NCBI GenBank assembly: GCA_004524445.1
Contig: SDNP01000017.1
Span: forward strand, 1 to 64,000
Direction: 5' to 3'
Source: Candidatus Thorarchaeota archaeon
GTDB lineage: Archaea; Asgardarchaeota; Thorarchaeia; Thorarchaeales; Thorarchaeaceae
DNA length: 64,000 bases
Below are positions 30,468 through 39,876 of the stretch, in pieces (the stretch's first letter is position 1; each line of letters begins with the position of its first letter). The position numbers and the translations under genes are program-made. The notes below the pieces were generated by a model that saw only the letters and a list, made by a program, of their open reading frames with translations, made no database searches and was not told the origin of the DNA.

Positions 30468-30575
30468 TTACCTCCGATATTGGTATGCGTAGCCAAGAGC
30501 CTCAGTTGTCTGAACCTTGCCCATTGGCATAGTTTTCGAATGACTCATTTTGGTTGCGTTCTTTGCTTCAGCCAT
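30468..30575 (-). CDS. Small peptide A (35 aa) MAEAKNATKMSHSKTMPMGKVQTTEALGYAYQYRR
   Basis: TATA-like TTTATAT about 35 nt upstream; C-terminus paralogous to peptide B. Confidence 0.6.
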   Translation of the reverse strand: MAEAKNATKMSHSKTMPMGKVQTTEALGYAYQYRR

Positions 30576-30595
30576 GTTTTTTCACAAGAATACTG

Positions 30596-30663
30596 TGTGT
30601 TAAACACATATAAATATTGCGTATGGTTTGGTATCTAAACCATTTATTAACAAACTATTTGTT
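30596..30663. promoter_or_regulatory. AT-rich divergent promoter with inverted repeats
   Basis: TGTGT-TAA-ACACA 30596-30608; ATGGTTT-N7-AAACCAT 30623-30643; AACAAA-CTA-TTTGTT 30649-30663. Confidence 0.6.
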
Positions 30664-30746
30664 TCACAACAAAATATTGTAATTTACGTTTGTAGCATAA
30701 TCGTTAACCTTATAATCGGTGTTTCCTATGTTTAAACGTTATAGAG

Positions 30747-31520
30747 ATGGGTCTAGCTGCAGTAGAAATAGGTGGAAAGAGCTTGAATGCGGATATTCCA
30801 GATAGCCTAGAAGGCATTGAGTTGACAGAAGAAGGAAAAGGACCTCAAGAAGAGATTGTTTTTATAAAAGATCCCGAAAGAGCTGCGGAGCTGGATGACA
30901 GCGCAAGGCTTTCGATTCTTAGAGTATTGAGGGAGGGAATACCCGACACTGTCACTAGCAAGAGACGGGATGAAAAGACAGGAGACTTAATCATCCGTCA
31001 ACGTGAAATCCAACGGCACGCACTATCGGTAGTAGAAATAGTGAAACAGTCAAAGAAGGTGGAGGGAGCAGAAGAGGTTACCAAGAATCAAGTATATCAT
31101 CATCTCCCAAAACTCATTGATGCCAACTACGTAGTTAAGTACGGTACTGTCACGACAGGCAAGCGAACTACGGATTACTATCGAAGAACAGCAAAAGGGT
31201 TCGTTGTGACTACTGGTATGCTTGACGCTGATGAAAAGGTACTCAAGAAGAAGAGCAGAAACTATGTTGAAAAAATCACCCAAAAATTCGATATCGAATT
31301 GACTGAGGAGCAACAGAAAGAGCTGGCAAATCTTCTGTTACAAAAATACAAACTGGAAATGCAACCCAGACGAGAAGTGGCAAATCTGATTAGAGGAGAT
31401 TTGGCTGATAAGGAACTCCTCGACCTGTATGAGTTTCTTATTGAAATTCAGTCACTCGGACAAGAAGCCTACATAGATCTTCATAGGCGGATGCGGGAGA
31501 TCATCTTCTCAAACAATTAG
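30747..31520 (+). CDS. ArsR-like winged-helix transcriptional regulator
   Basis: ARLSILRVL, LSVVEI..TKNQVYHHLPKLIDANYV, TDYYRRTAK. Confidence 0.8.
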   Translation: MGLAAVEIGGKSLNADIPDSLEGIELTEEGKGPQEEIVFIKDPERAAELDDSARLSILRVLREGIPDTVTSKRRDEKTGDLIIRQREIQRHALSVVEIVKQSKKVEGAEEVTKNQVYHHLPKLIDANYVVKYGTVTTGKRTTDYYRRTAKGFVVTTGMLDADEKVLKKKSRNYVEKITQKFDIELTEEQQKELANLLLQKYKLEMQPRREVANLIRGDLADKELLDLYEFLIEIQSLGQEAYIDLHRRMREIIFSNN

Positions 31521-31581
31521 TATACTGAACGGTGTAACTACTTCCGCGTCCTTTGTTATAGTGCCTTAGAATTTCAAATCG

Positions 31582-31953
31582 CTAGCTTTGCTTACCTAAG
31601 GATATTGCATGATACTGGAGGTCAACTATAGCAAGCCCGGGGTCAGAATCGGGAGCTGCCCATGCAACCATTGACCGATTCCTATCCACATTCGAAACTA
31701 GCAGGTGCCCCTTTTCGCCTGCTGTAGCCACATAGTAATCTTCCGACGATTCTATATGAGAGTAATCGATTCCAGCAAGTGTGACTGTTGGAACTTCATT
31801 TTTTGCCATCTCGACAATCGTAGGGCCATCTTCAACGACGTTCCAATTTGATGTCTGCCAGATGACGGTCGAGGATTCAATAACGGCCAGGGCCTTAATG
31901 TTTGGATTACTTGTGTACAGAGAACTCCAAATTTCCTCAATCAGAGAGCTCAA
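31582..31953 (-). CDS. Profilin-like protein (divergent paralog)
   Basis: ALAVIE..VIWQTSNWNV..TLAGIDY; 123 aa. Confidence 0.75.
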   Translation of the reverse strand: MSSLIEEIWSSLYTSNPNIKALAVIESSTVIWQTSNWNVVEDGPTIVEMAKNEVPTVTLAGIDYSHIESSEDYYVATAGEKGHLLVSNVDRNRSMVAWAAPDSDPGLAIVDLQYHAISLGKQS

Positions 31954-32038
31954 TGTTCCTGTTCACACCCTTACCAGATAACCAGTGGAATGCATACACG
32001 TGGGCAGATGCGCCATATAGTTTGTCTGCAAGACAGCC

Positions 32039-32419
32039 CTATATTTTGCCTTTCAGCGCTTTGGCCGCTCGATCTATATCGACATAGACGCTGTCAGGTG
32101 CTGCATCAGCACTAGCCCATGCAACAACCCATTTATCATCCTCAATCCTTGCAAGGATGAGAGTTCCATTTCCTTGTACATTTCTTGCAACCAGACTCTC
32201 AGGGCTTGTTCTAATGGTGCTGTACTTCACATCATTCTGTTTCACACTTGCAGATTGATTATTCACAGCAGAGATTAGTTGCTGTGCATCGGCACTTAAA
32301 TCCCAATTGTTGCTCTGCCAGAGAACAGATCCATCAGCTTTAATCACTCCAAAGGCTTGGACCATCTGGTTCGACGCTTCATATGCTTGTGTGTATGCTT
32401 CCATAACAGGATCAGACAT
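32039..32419 (-). CDS. Profilin (Asgard type)
   Basis: FGVIKADGSVLWQSNNWDL, VKYSTIRTSPESLVARNVQGNGTLILA; ATG at 32419. Confidence 0.85.
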   Translation of the reverse strand: MSDPVMEAYTQAYEASNQMVQAFGVIKADGSVLWQSNNWDLSADAQQLISAVNNQSASVKQNDVKYSTIRTSPESLVARNVQGNGTLILARIEDDKWVVAWASADAAPDSVYVDIDRAAKALKGKI

Positions 32420-32535
32420 TTCCAATTTACTCCGTAGACTTATCCATTCAGTTCCGAGGTTGTAGCCGCACATATTGTATAAAAAACAATTCACGACGGA
32501 ACAGATTCAAATATTCCAATTGTACTTTTAGCAGT

Positions 32536-32847
32536 ATGAGAGATAAAACCATTTGGGAAGCTGACGCGGGAACATTCATGCGTGTTGTAGTTAGACCCAA
32601 CTCGAATGAAGAAGATTTGATTCGAGAAATGGCGGAAGACCTTATTGTTTTTGACCTCAAGAGCTCGCCCCAGAAAGGGAAAGCTAACAGAGAGCTGGTG
32701 AAAAGACTATCCAGTCTCTTGGAAATTTCAAATAGTGATGTCGTTATTGCTGCAGGTCACCTATCAAGAGAAAAGACCTTGGTGATCTACGGGATGCGCC
32801 CATCTCAAGTTAGAGAAAGATTGGAAACTTGCATAAATGATAAATAA
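32536..32847 (+). CDS. DUF167/UPF0235 protein
   Basis: VVVRPNS, SPQKGKANRELV, GHLSREK. Confidence 0.9.
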   Translation: MRDKTIWEADAGTFMRVVVRPNSNEEDLIREMAEDLIVFDLKSSPQKGKANRELVKRLSSLLEISNSDVVIAAGHLSREKTLVIYGMRPSQVRERLETCINDK

Positions 32848-32950
32848 CGACAGCTGACCACTGAATTCTGGTCCATTCATTATGTGAATATTCAGCAGCA
32901 GAGAGCAGGTTCTATGCTGTATCATGCTCTCCTTGGAGATTGATTAAAGG

Positions 32951-35164
32951 ATGAAAAAGCCCAAATCGAACCGAGCTCTCCTGCTAGGTTTGTACATTGC
33001 AGGGCTCTTCTATGCACTCGTTGTTCTTTTCCAGGGGAGGATAGACTATGGTGTAATCACTGCGATAATAATTGAAACCACACTTTTGGTAGGTTCTTTG
33101 ATAACGGGGCCTCTAAATAAGAAGGGTCTGGCTCTTTTATGTTTGGGGATAGTGCTCTATGTTTCATTAGCGACACTATTGGGTACATTTTCGGAAGTTG
33201 TTATCATGGCTGCAGGCGGATTGGCAGTATACGGGTTTGTTGCTAGCGAGCCTAAATTTCCCTTAACAAAGAGGGCGCTTGGTACTGGAGTTGTCGTCGG
33301 GGTTGTCATGACCTTCTTAGGAATCTATCTTGCACTGAAGCTTGGTGTTGTCTATTTCGTTGGTGCTGAATTGTTGGGGTTCTTGATTCTGACCCTGTTT
33401 GGAAAATACACTCCAGAAGAGAATGCTGTGGTCGTGGCCATTGCCAATAGCTCATCAATGGTATCAATTGGGGTCCTGATTACTTTTCCAGCTATCGCTA
33501 TTTTTCAGCCAAGCATCGCTTCATCACTTATTACCTATCAGTTCATAGCCTTCGTAACTGGAACAAGCGCGATTTTTGGGCTAATACTGATGGTGCCCTT
33601 CAGGGATAGATTCATGGATGAGCCATGGCCGCAAGTCCTGCCTCAGGCGGAGTGCATCAATTGTCTAGGAGCGGATGTAAACGCAAAGAGGACCGTTATA
33701 GCAGGGCTCGGAGCTGCAGCGTCATGGACCGCCGCAACCAGAGCTGCGGAGTATATAGTCAGTTCTGGAACTGAATCACCAGCTTCATTCAGTTCTTTTC
33801 CTAATGCAGTTAGCCCAATTGTTCCAGACTGGATAGGTATCAATAATTCACCACTAATAGCTGCAATCGGATTCTTCGTTGGATGGAAACGGGTTTTGAT
33901 CATGGCAGCGGGAAGTCTCATCTCACTAGTCATATGGCTAACTCTTGAAGGTGCAGCGTTCATTCCATTTGGAGAACATCTCACCAGGCCTGAGATTCTC
34001 TATCTTGCACTCGGAGTGTTTGCATCGATAATTCTGGGGGATGTTTTCACAGGTGGAACTCGTGACGAATTACCAGTCGACGAGTTTGAACGTTCGGTGA
34101 ATCAAAAGAGCGCTGAAACCAATGACGCTCAGGGGGTAGTCATAGAGGACCCACATTCGCCCTCTGAACTTGAACGACTCATGAGACTAAGAAGAGAATT
34201 GTTCTCAGTCAAGGCTATAAAAGAGGAAATTCGTGCAATGCTTTCTGACCCTAGTGCGTATTTGGATTCTAGAAAAGGGCAAATCCCCCCTTGGGTCGCC
34301 ATCATTTCTATGCTAATATTCATGGCAATTGGAATCTTCGCCTTTTGGATAGTAAGGCTGTTTTCAGGGCTACAGATACATTGGCTGTTATTTGTGATTG
34401 GATCACCCCTAGCACTGGTTTCGGCCTATTTCACAGCAAGGTCAATCAGTGAAACTGGCATGCTAGCTGGCTATATTTCGGACACAGTGGCAATTCCTGC
34501 AATTCTCTTTTTCCGTCTATCATTTGCAGCAATAACCACTTTCATGACAATGCTGGGTGCACTTCAAGATGCTGCCATAGCAGTATTGGTTCACTTGAAA
34601 CTAGGTAGCCTCACAGGAGTAAAGGGAAAGGACATACTCAAAGCAGTCTTCGTTGGGGCTCTTCTTGGAACGTCTGTTGGATCATTGATAACGTATATGA
34701 TTTTCCTTACCTATGGGTTTGGCGGATCGGATTTCCCGAGTCCTGCTGCACATCTTTTTGGATTCCTGGTTGTTAGTCTGACAGGTCTGGGCAATCTGGA
34801 GATACCAGGTGTTGACCAACTTCCAAATGTTCATCCGTATCTCGGTTTTGCATATCTTTTTGCCTTTGGGGTAATAGGATTCTTGGCAGGAAGAGAACTA
34901 AGCAAAAGAGGCATGAGTCCAATGAGTCTTGCAGTTGGGCTCTTGATTCCACCAGCAACAACAGTGACCATGCTTATTGGTGGATACATTGACTACAGGA
35001 TGAAGAGAGAGGTGCCTGTTTCTACTGAGCTAGACTCATGTGGAGTCACTGAGAACTTTCCTCGCTACGAACGAGTGAGTAGACTTCTGAGTGGGGTTGT
35101 CGCGGGAGAAGCGATTGTAACGGTTATTTGGGTCCTTTGGAGTGCCATTAGTTTCTTCGCTTAA
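32951..35164 (+). CDS. OPT/YSL-family oligopeptide transporter
   Basis: YLALKLG, TPEEN, ISETG, LSGVVAGEA; more than 15 TM. Confidence 0.8.
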   Translation: MKKPKSNRALLLGLYIAGLFYALVVLFQGRIDYGVITAIIIETTLLVGSLITGPLNKKGLALLCLGIVLYVSLATLLGTFSEVVIMAAGGLAVYGFVASEPKFPLTKRALGTGVVVGVVMTFLGIYLALKLGVVYFVGAELLGFLILTLFGKYTPEENAVVVAIANSSSMVSIGVLITFPAIAIFQPSIASSLITYQFIAFVTGTSAIFGLILMVPFRDRFMDEPWPQVLPQAECINCLGADVNAKRTVIAGLGAAASWTAATRAAEYIVSSGTESPASFSSFPNAVSPIVPDWIGINNSPLIAAIGFFVGWKRVLIMAAGSLISLVIWLTLEGAAFIPFGEHLTRPEILYLALGVFASIILGDVFTGGTRDELPVDEFERSVNQKSAETNDAQGVVIEDPHSPSELERLMRLRRELFSVKAIKEEIRAMLSDPSAYLDSRKGQIPPWVAIISMLIFMAIGIFAFWIVRLFSGLQIHWLLFVIGSPLALVSAYFTARSISETGMLAGYISDTVAIPAILFFRLSFAAITTFMTMLGALQDAAIAVLVHLKLGSLTGVKGKDILKAVFVGALLGTSVGSLITYMIFLTYGFGGSDFPSPAAHLFGFLVVSLTGLGNLEIPGVDQLPNVHPYLGFAYLFAFGVIGFLAGRELSKRGMSPMSLAVGLLIPPATTVTMLIGGYIDYRMKREVPVSTELDSCGVTENFPRYERVSRLLSGVVAGEAIVTVIWVLWSAISFFA

Positions 35165-36150
35165 GTCCTCTCAGATACATATTCGGTCAGTTTATGAAGA
35201 AAATTGGGGAAGTCACCCTTCTTCATCGTGGCTCCTGAGGCAGCAGGATGTCCGCCCCCATGTGCATCGTCTATTGTGGAGAGAATTTCAATGAGTGCCT
35301 TATTCAAATCGACCCGTGGACCTCTTCTACGAAGGCTCATATCTACTACATCCGCGAAGGACCTAGCGCTGATTCCTACACGGGATTGAGTAAGGTATGC
35401 AGCAAATTTGGCTGATTTTCCACGGTAGCCAGAGAGTGGCATGTCTAAAATGTATCCCACTTCACCCATCTTTCGCGCATTTTCTCTCACGTATGTGAAG
35501 ATTTCATGCTCGATTCTTGTAGCTCTCATTGCAAGCTCCACGATATTACTCATGGAACTGGGAGGGATTCCTAATGTGAGTTCTCGAACAAGATCTTTGG
35601 ATTCTCTGCGATAGTCTATTTCTTGAAGAGCCTGTACTAGCAGCCCGGCTTCCAAGTATAGTGTTCTTTTATCGTAATCTTCGAGATGCTCTCTCGCAAA
35701 GGGAGTATCATCACAAAAGTCCCCAATCGCCCCATAAAGCGCAAGATGGATTGCATGTTCAGGAAGCTTGTCTTCGTATTTCCTGTAGACCAGTTCAGCA
35801 GCACTAGGCCCCTTCTCATGAAAAAAATCAACCCGCTTTTCCAATTCCTTCCTGTGTTTGTTTAGAATTGGGTGATGGTCAATCCAAGTAATTTCGGTAT
35901 TGTCAGGAAACCTATCAAGCGCACGAATGACTTCTGGAAACTTCTTTTTGTTGATTGCTATGTCACTTATATTGACCTTATCGGGGCGATCCTTAGCTAT
36001 ACGAAATAGATCCATGTGTATTTGAGATGGTCGTGTGAAGTAGAACGTAGCACCGGGGGTAACAAGTAACGCTATTGCCCCAGCAGTTATGCCATCAGCA
36101 TCACCATGAGTGAGTACAATGTTCTGCATCAGATACGGAGCCTCATCCAT
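35161..36150 (-). CDS. DHH/DHHA1 phosphoesterase
   Basis: THGDADG, SDIA, WIDHH, GGGHPAASG. Confidence 0.9.
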   Translation of the reverse strand: MDEAPYLMQNIVLTHGDADGITAGAIALLVTPGATFYFTRPSQIHMDLFRIAKDRPDKVNISDIAINKKKFPEVIRALDRFPDNTEITWIDHHPILNKHRKELEKRVDFFHEKGPSAAELVYRKYEDKLPEHAIHLALYGAIGDFCDDTPFAREHLEDYDKRTLYLEAGLLVQALQEIDYRRESKDLVRELTLGIPPSSMSNIVELAMRATRIEHEIFTYVRENARKMGEVGYILDMPLSGYRGKSAKFAAYLTQSRVGISARSFADVVDMSLRRRGPRVDLNKALIEILSTIDDAHGGGHPAASGATMKKGDFPNFLHKLTEYVSERT

Positions 36151-37536
36151 TTATCTCTTGAATTCCTTTTCAAGGGCTTGGTCCCATTCGTCACCTTCAA
36201 CCTCGCTTTCTCTTCCGGATTTTGCGTCCCTTCTCTTTCTTTTGGGTATCTTTTGAATCATGCTCTCCCTAGTCATCTCTTTTTGTTCCTCTACAGCGGA
36301 TATCTCTTCCTTGGTAAATAATACAATTATCATTGCAGCCAGAGGGAATAATAGTAGGATGGGGAGAAGAAAGAAGACTACCAATTCGGGCTGAGCAATC
36401 TCAACGCTATTCTGTATGCCCGGAGGGAGTTTGAAGAAAGATATGAAAAAGGCGGGATTCATGAAAACAAAGGACAGAGTGATAACACCGGCAAAACGGA
36501 TTGCAGAGCCCAATATGGTTGAGCCGATGACATAACTTTCAGATGGGGCTGCTGCACTAGCCGTCAAGTTATTTTTGGCTTCAGGATTGGACTTCAGCAA
36601 TTGATCAACAAAGATTTGCAATCTTCTAACATCTGAGATAACGTCAAGATTTTCGATGGCGTCCTTTCGACCCAGAACTTTCCGTTCAATTGCCTCTCTT
36701 AAAAAAGAAAACGCAGTGGCTCCAGAGACTCTACTCATTCCTGTTGTTCGGAGCTTTTCATCGCGTTCAATCGCATCTTGCTTCTTTGTTTCTTGTCGAA
36801 GTGCCAGCAGTTGTTTTTTGAGGGTTTCTTCCCTTTCCTCAACGGGTTTTCCTACTGAGTCGCTATACAGCATTTGGTAACTGAACTCCAGATATGCAAA
36901 AGAAACCACTGCCAGAATCTGAGGGCTGCTTGTTAGAAATACAAAAATGTCAGTCGGAAAGATTTCGAAATTGGGAATATCCACTGTGGCTAATATCGGT
37001 GCCGTGATGATACCTCGGCTAACAAGGAATTCAGCAAATGCAGATATGACCAGGATTCCCTGAATAGCCAGAAATGAGCCCCCGACAAATTTGTGATTCA
37101 TTCTAACCATGGACTGGAGGAACAGTGCAACGCCCAGGGCAGCGAAGAGGAAATAGATGAATATGAAAGTATTAACCTGCAATATCTGCCAGATGCTCAA
37201 TAAGTTGCCAATGAAGTTCTGAAATACTGCCTCCACAGAGGTAAATGGGCCGCTCACACCAAAGGGTTGCAGATACCAGCCCCTCAACACTAATGTATTA
37301 TACAGACCAACTATGAGTGGACCCGGTTGAGAGCCTGTTACGCCAGCAACTAACCCGCTCATGACTATAGATGCTACAAAAAACAAAACCATTGAAATCA
37401 ATCTGAACACAGTGACTATGAAGACATACGGGGCATCCCAATCCCATAGACCAGACATTATGTTATAGACAATCCAGCACATGGCAATGAACGCCAAGGT
37501 TGAGAGTATTCTTAGAATCCATGTGACTGTCTTCAA
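36151..37536 (-). CDS. Multi-pass membrane protein of the MoxR operon
   Basis: TTG at 37536 overlaps the DUF58 stop; about 8 TM plus a charged helical insert. Confidence 0.75.
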   Translation of the reverse strand: MKTVTWILRILSTLAFIAMCWIVYNIMSGLWDWDAPYVFIVTVFRLISMVLFFVASIVMSGLVAGVTGSQPGPLIVGLYNTLVLRGWYLQPFGVSGPFTSVEAVFQNFIGNLLSIWQILQVNTFIFIYFLFAALGVALFLQSMVRMNHKFVGGSFLAIQGILVISAFAEFLVSRGIITAPILATVDIPNFEIFPTDIFVFLTSSPQILAVVSFAYLEFSYQMLYSDSVGKPVEEREETLKKQLLALRQETKKQDAIERDEKLRTTGMSRVSGATAFSFLREAIERKVLGRKDAIENLDVISDVRRLQIFVDQLLKSNPEAKNNLTASAAAPSESYVIGSTILGSAIRFAGVITLSFVFMNPAFFISFFKLPPGIQNSVEIAQPELVVFFLLPILLLFPLAAMIIVLFTKEEISAVEEQKEMTRESMIQKIPKRKRRDAKSGRESEVEGDEWDQALEKEFKR

Positions 37537-38855
37537 TACATTGCAACCCCCCGCTGTTTTGCATTCTCGTATTGTTTGATTATTGTCGGTAAGAAATCCT
37601 CTGGGCCTACATTGATGACATCTATGCCAAATCTGGCAAGCGCTCTGGAGATTTTGCGACGTCGCTCCCATAATTCCTCTGAAACCGCTTCAGCTAGCAC
37701 TCGTTCCACGGGGCCAAATTGGCCTATTGGTGCTTCGAACCAAGGGCCAAAAGGACTGATAACCATGGCTTTGTGACCATTTGCTACGACTTTCTTCATA
37801 GCATTAAGTAGCGGAGCAGGAGATTCCTCCAAATCAGTTAGCCAGATTATGAATGACCGATTCTTTGTCTGATTGGTGACATAAGATATAGCAGCCTCAT
37901 AGTCACTCCAGCCACTGGGCTCCGCACGTGCCAATGCGTCTAAGACGTCGTACATATGATTCGGATGCAAAGAGGGGGGTACGTACGAATGCACCAAATT
38001 GCTGAAGACACAGGTGCCCACGAGATCCTTGCGTTCTAATCCAAGATTGGTTAGAAGCACCGCTGCACGTATTGCATATTCCAGTTTGGTGTTTTCAGGA
38101 TAGCCATTCCCCATACTTCCGGATGAGTCGACCATGCAGATGATTTGGACGTTTTTCTCCATTTCATATTGCTTGACAATCAAATCTCCACGTCGGGCGC
38201 TGCTTTTCCAATCAATTACTCTGAAAGCATCACCCGGTACATAATCTCTGAAGCCTGCAAAATCGGTTCCCATCCCAACAACCTTTGTTCTATGAGCACC
38301 GAACATCAGTCCCAGCTGCCGTTGTTTTCCAATAGCTTCGAGTCTCCGCACATCCTTCCAAGTCGGATAAACCAGCATCTCGGTTCTTTCTCTAACTGTA
38401 CGTTTGTAGTAATGGAGTCCCAGTCGGTCCCTCATTATGACCTCTGTAGGTCCCAGATAGTAGGAGCCACGCATTCTGACCTGTACAATATATGAAAAAG
38501 TGATGCTACTATTGGGTTCGATTCTTGATGCGATGAAATTTTCTCCAATCGCCAATATCCAAGTTTCGGGGTACTGGTCATGTACTTCAATAAAATCAAA
38601 GTGTCTTCTTGAGGTGTTCTTCACAACTACTTTGACTTTCAGGAAATCACCTGAGAATATCTTTGTCTTGTCGATATATCGCTCAACTTCAATTCCAGAG
38701 AGATTTGCTGTCATTGCGAAGAGAGGGAGAGTTATCACTAATCCAACGAGTAAATATACTCCCACCAGTGTGAGGTAGAAATTATCAAAGGAGAATCCAC
38801 TGGTAAGTAGTAACACACCGGAAAAGAGAACAATCCAACCTCTCTGTGTTATCAA
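37533..38855 (-). CDS. DUF58 (vWA) protein
   Basis: RDYVPGD, IDWKSSARR, MIDAS DSSGSM, LTD. Confidence 0.9.
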   Translation of the reverse strand: MITQRGWIVLFSGVLLLTSGFSFDNFYLTLVGVYLLVGLVITLPLFAMTANLSGIEVERYIDKTKIFSGDFLKVKVVVKNTSRRHFDFIEVHDQYPETWILAIGENFIASRIEPNSSITFSYIVQVRMRGSYYLGPTEVIMRDRLGLHYYKRTVRERTEMLVYPTWKDVRRLEAIGKQRQLGLMFGAHRTKVVGMGTDFAGFRDYVPGDAFRVIDWKSSARRGDLIVKQYEMEKNVQIICMVDSSGSMGNGYPENTKLEYAIRAAVLLTNLGLERKDLVGTCVFSNLVHSYVPPSLHPNHMYDVLDALARAEPSGWSDYEAAISYVTNQTKNRSFIIWLTDLEESPAPLLNAMKKVVANGHKAMVISPFGPWFEAPIGQFGPVERVLAEAVSEELWERRRKISRALARFGIDVINVGPEDFLPTIIKQYENAKQRGVAMY

Positions 38856-38875
38856 TATTCGCAGTCCTCTTGGTT

Positions 38876-39862
38876 CTATCTAGGAATGTCAACTTCTCCG
38901 AGAATCTTGCTTACCACTCTCTCAACAGTAAGCCCCTCGAGTTCAGCCTCTGGTTTGAGAATGAGCCTGTGATTTAGGGTTTGTACAGAGAGTCTTCTTA
39001 CATCCTCTGGAATTACATAATCTCGTCCGTGCATTGCAGCCCGTGTCTTAGACGCATTCATAAGAACAAGCGAAGCCCTAGGAGACCCTCCCAGCAAAAT
39101 CTGAGGGTCATTGCGGGTTCTAACCACGATATCTCGAATATATTCAATGATATCCTCATCCATGTATACCGTCTTGCAGGCATCCTGCATTCTAACAATG
39201 GTCTGTGGATTCACCAAGACTCGGAGGTCATCAACTTCACCTCTATGTTTCCGGCGAATGACTTCTGCCTCTTCAATTCCGGTGGGATAATCTAAAACCA
39301 ATCTGAACATGAATCTATCAAGCTGAGCTTCAGGAAGGGGATAAGTGCCTTCTTGTTCAACTGGATTCTGTGTGGCAATGATCAGGAATGGTCTAGGTAA
39401 CTTTCTTGTCACACCCTCGATGGATACCTGACGTTCTTCCATTACCTCTAATAGTGCACTCTGCGATTTCGGAGGACATCTGTTTATTTCGTCAGCAAGT
39501 ACTAAATTAGCAAAGACCGGTCCTTTTCGAAACCAAAATTCCCCTGTCTGCTGGTTGAAAACATTCGTTCCAAGGAGGTCAGCAGGCAATGTATCAACTG
39601 TGAGTTGAATTCTCTTGAAAGCGCACCCCAGTATTGATGCAAATGTTCTAGCCATGTACGTCTTTGCCAAGCCAGGAACACCCTCTAGGACAACATGTCC
39701 GTCAGATAGAAACGCAATCAGAACGTCTCTAAGGATTTCAACTTTCCCAACTATGATTCGGCCACATTCATGGATGATTTCATCTGCAATATCGTTTACT
39801 TGTGAGATAGACATAGGGGATTCTGAGTTCCCCACAGCCGTATCTGTCGATTCTGTAGTCAT
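38876..39862 (-). CDS. moxR: MoxR-family AAA+ ATPase
   Basis: LEGVPGLAKT, LADEINR, ATQNPVEQEGTYPLPEAQLDRF. Confidence 0.95.
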   Translation of the reverse strand: MTTESTDTAVGNSESPMSISQVNDIADEIIHECGRIIVGKVEILRDVLIAFLSDGHVVLEGVPGLAKTYMARTFASILGCAFKRIQLTVDTLPADLLGTNVFNQQTGEFWFRKGPVFANLVLADEINRCPPKSQSALLEVMEERQVSIEGVTRKLPRPFLIIATQNPVEQEGTYPLPEAQLDRFMFRLVLDYPTGIEEAEVIRRKHRGEVDDLRVLVNPQTIVRMQDACKTVYMDEDIIEYIRDIVVRTRNDPQILLGGSPRASLVLMNASKTRAAMHGRDYVIPEDVRRLSVQTLNHRLILKPEAELEGLTVERVVSKILGEVDIPR

Positions 39863-39876
39863 TATTATCTTCTACC

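Noticed and set aside
37537-37671. Cys-rich N-terminus of the 506-aa ORF
   Set aside because: Alternate frame of DUF58; coupled TTG at 37536 is the better start
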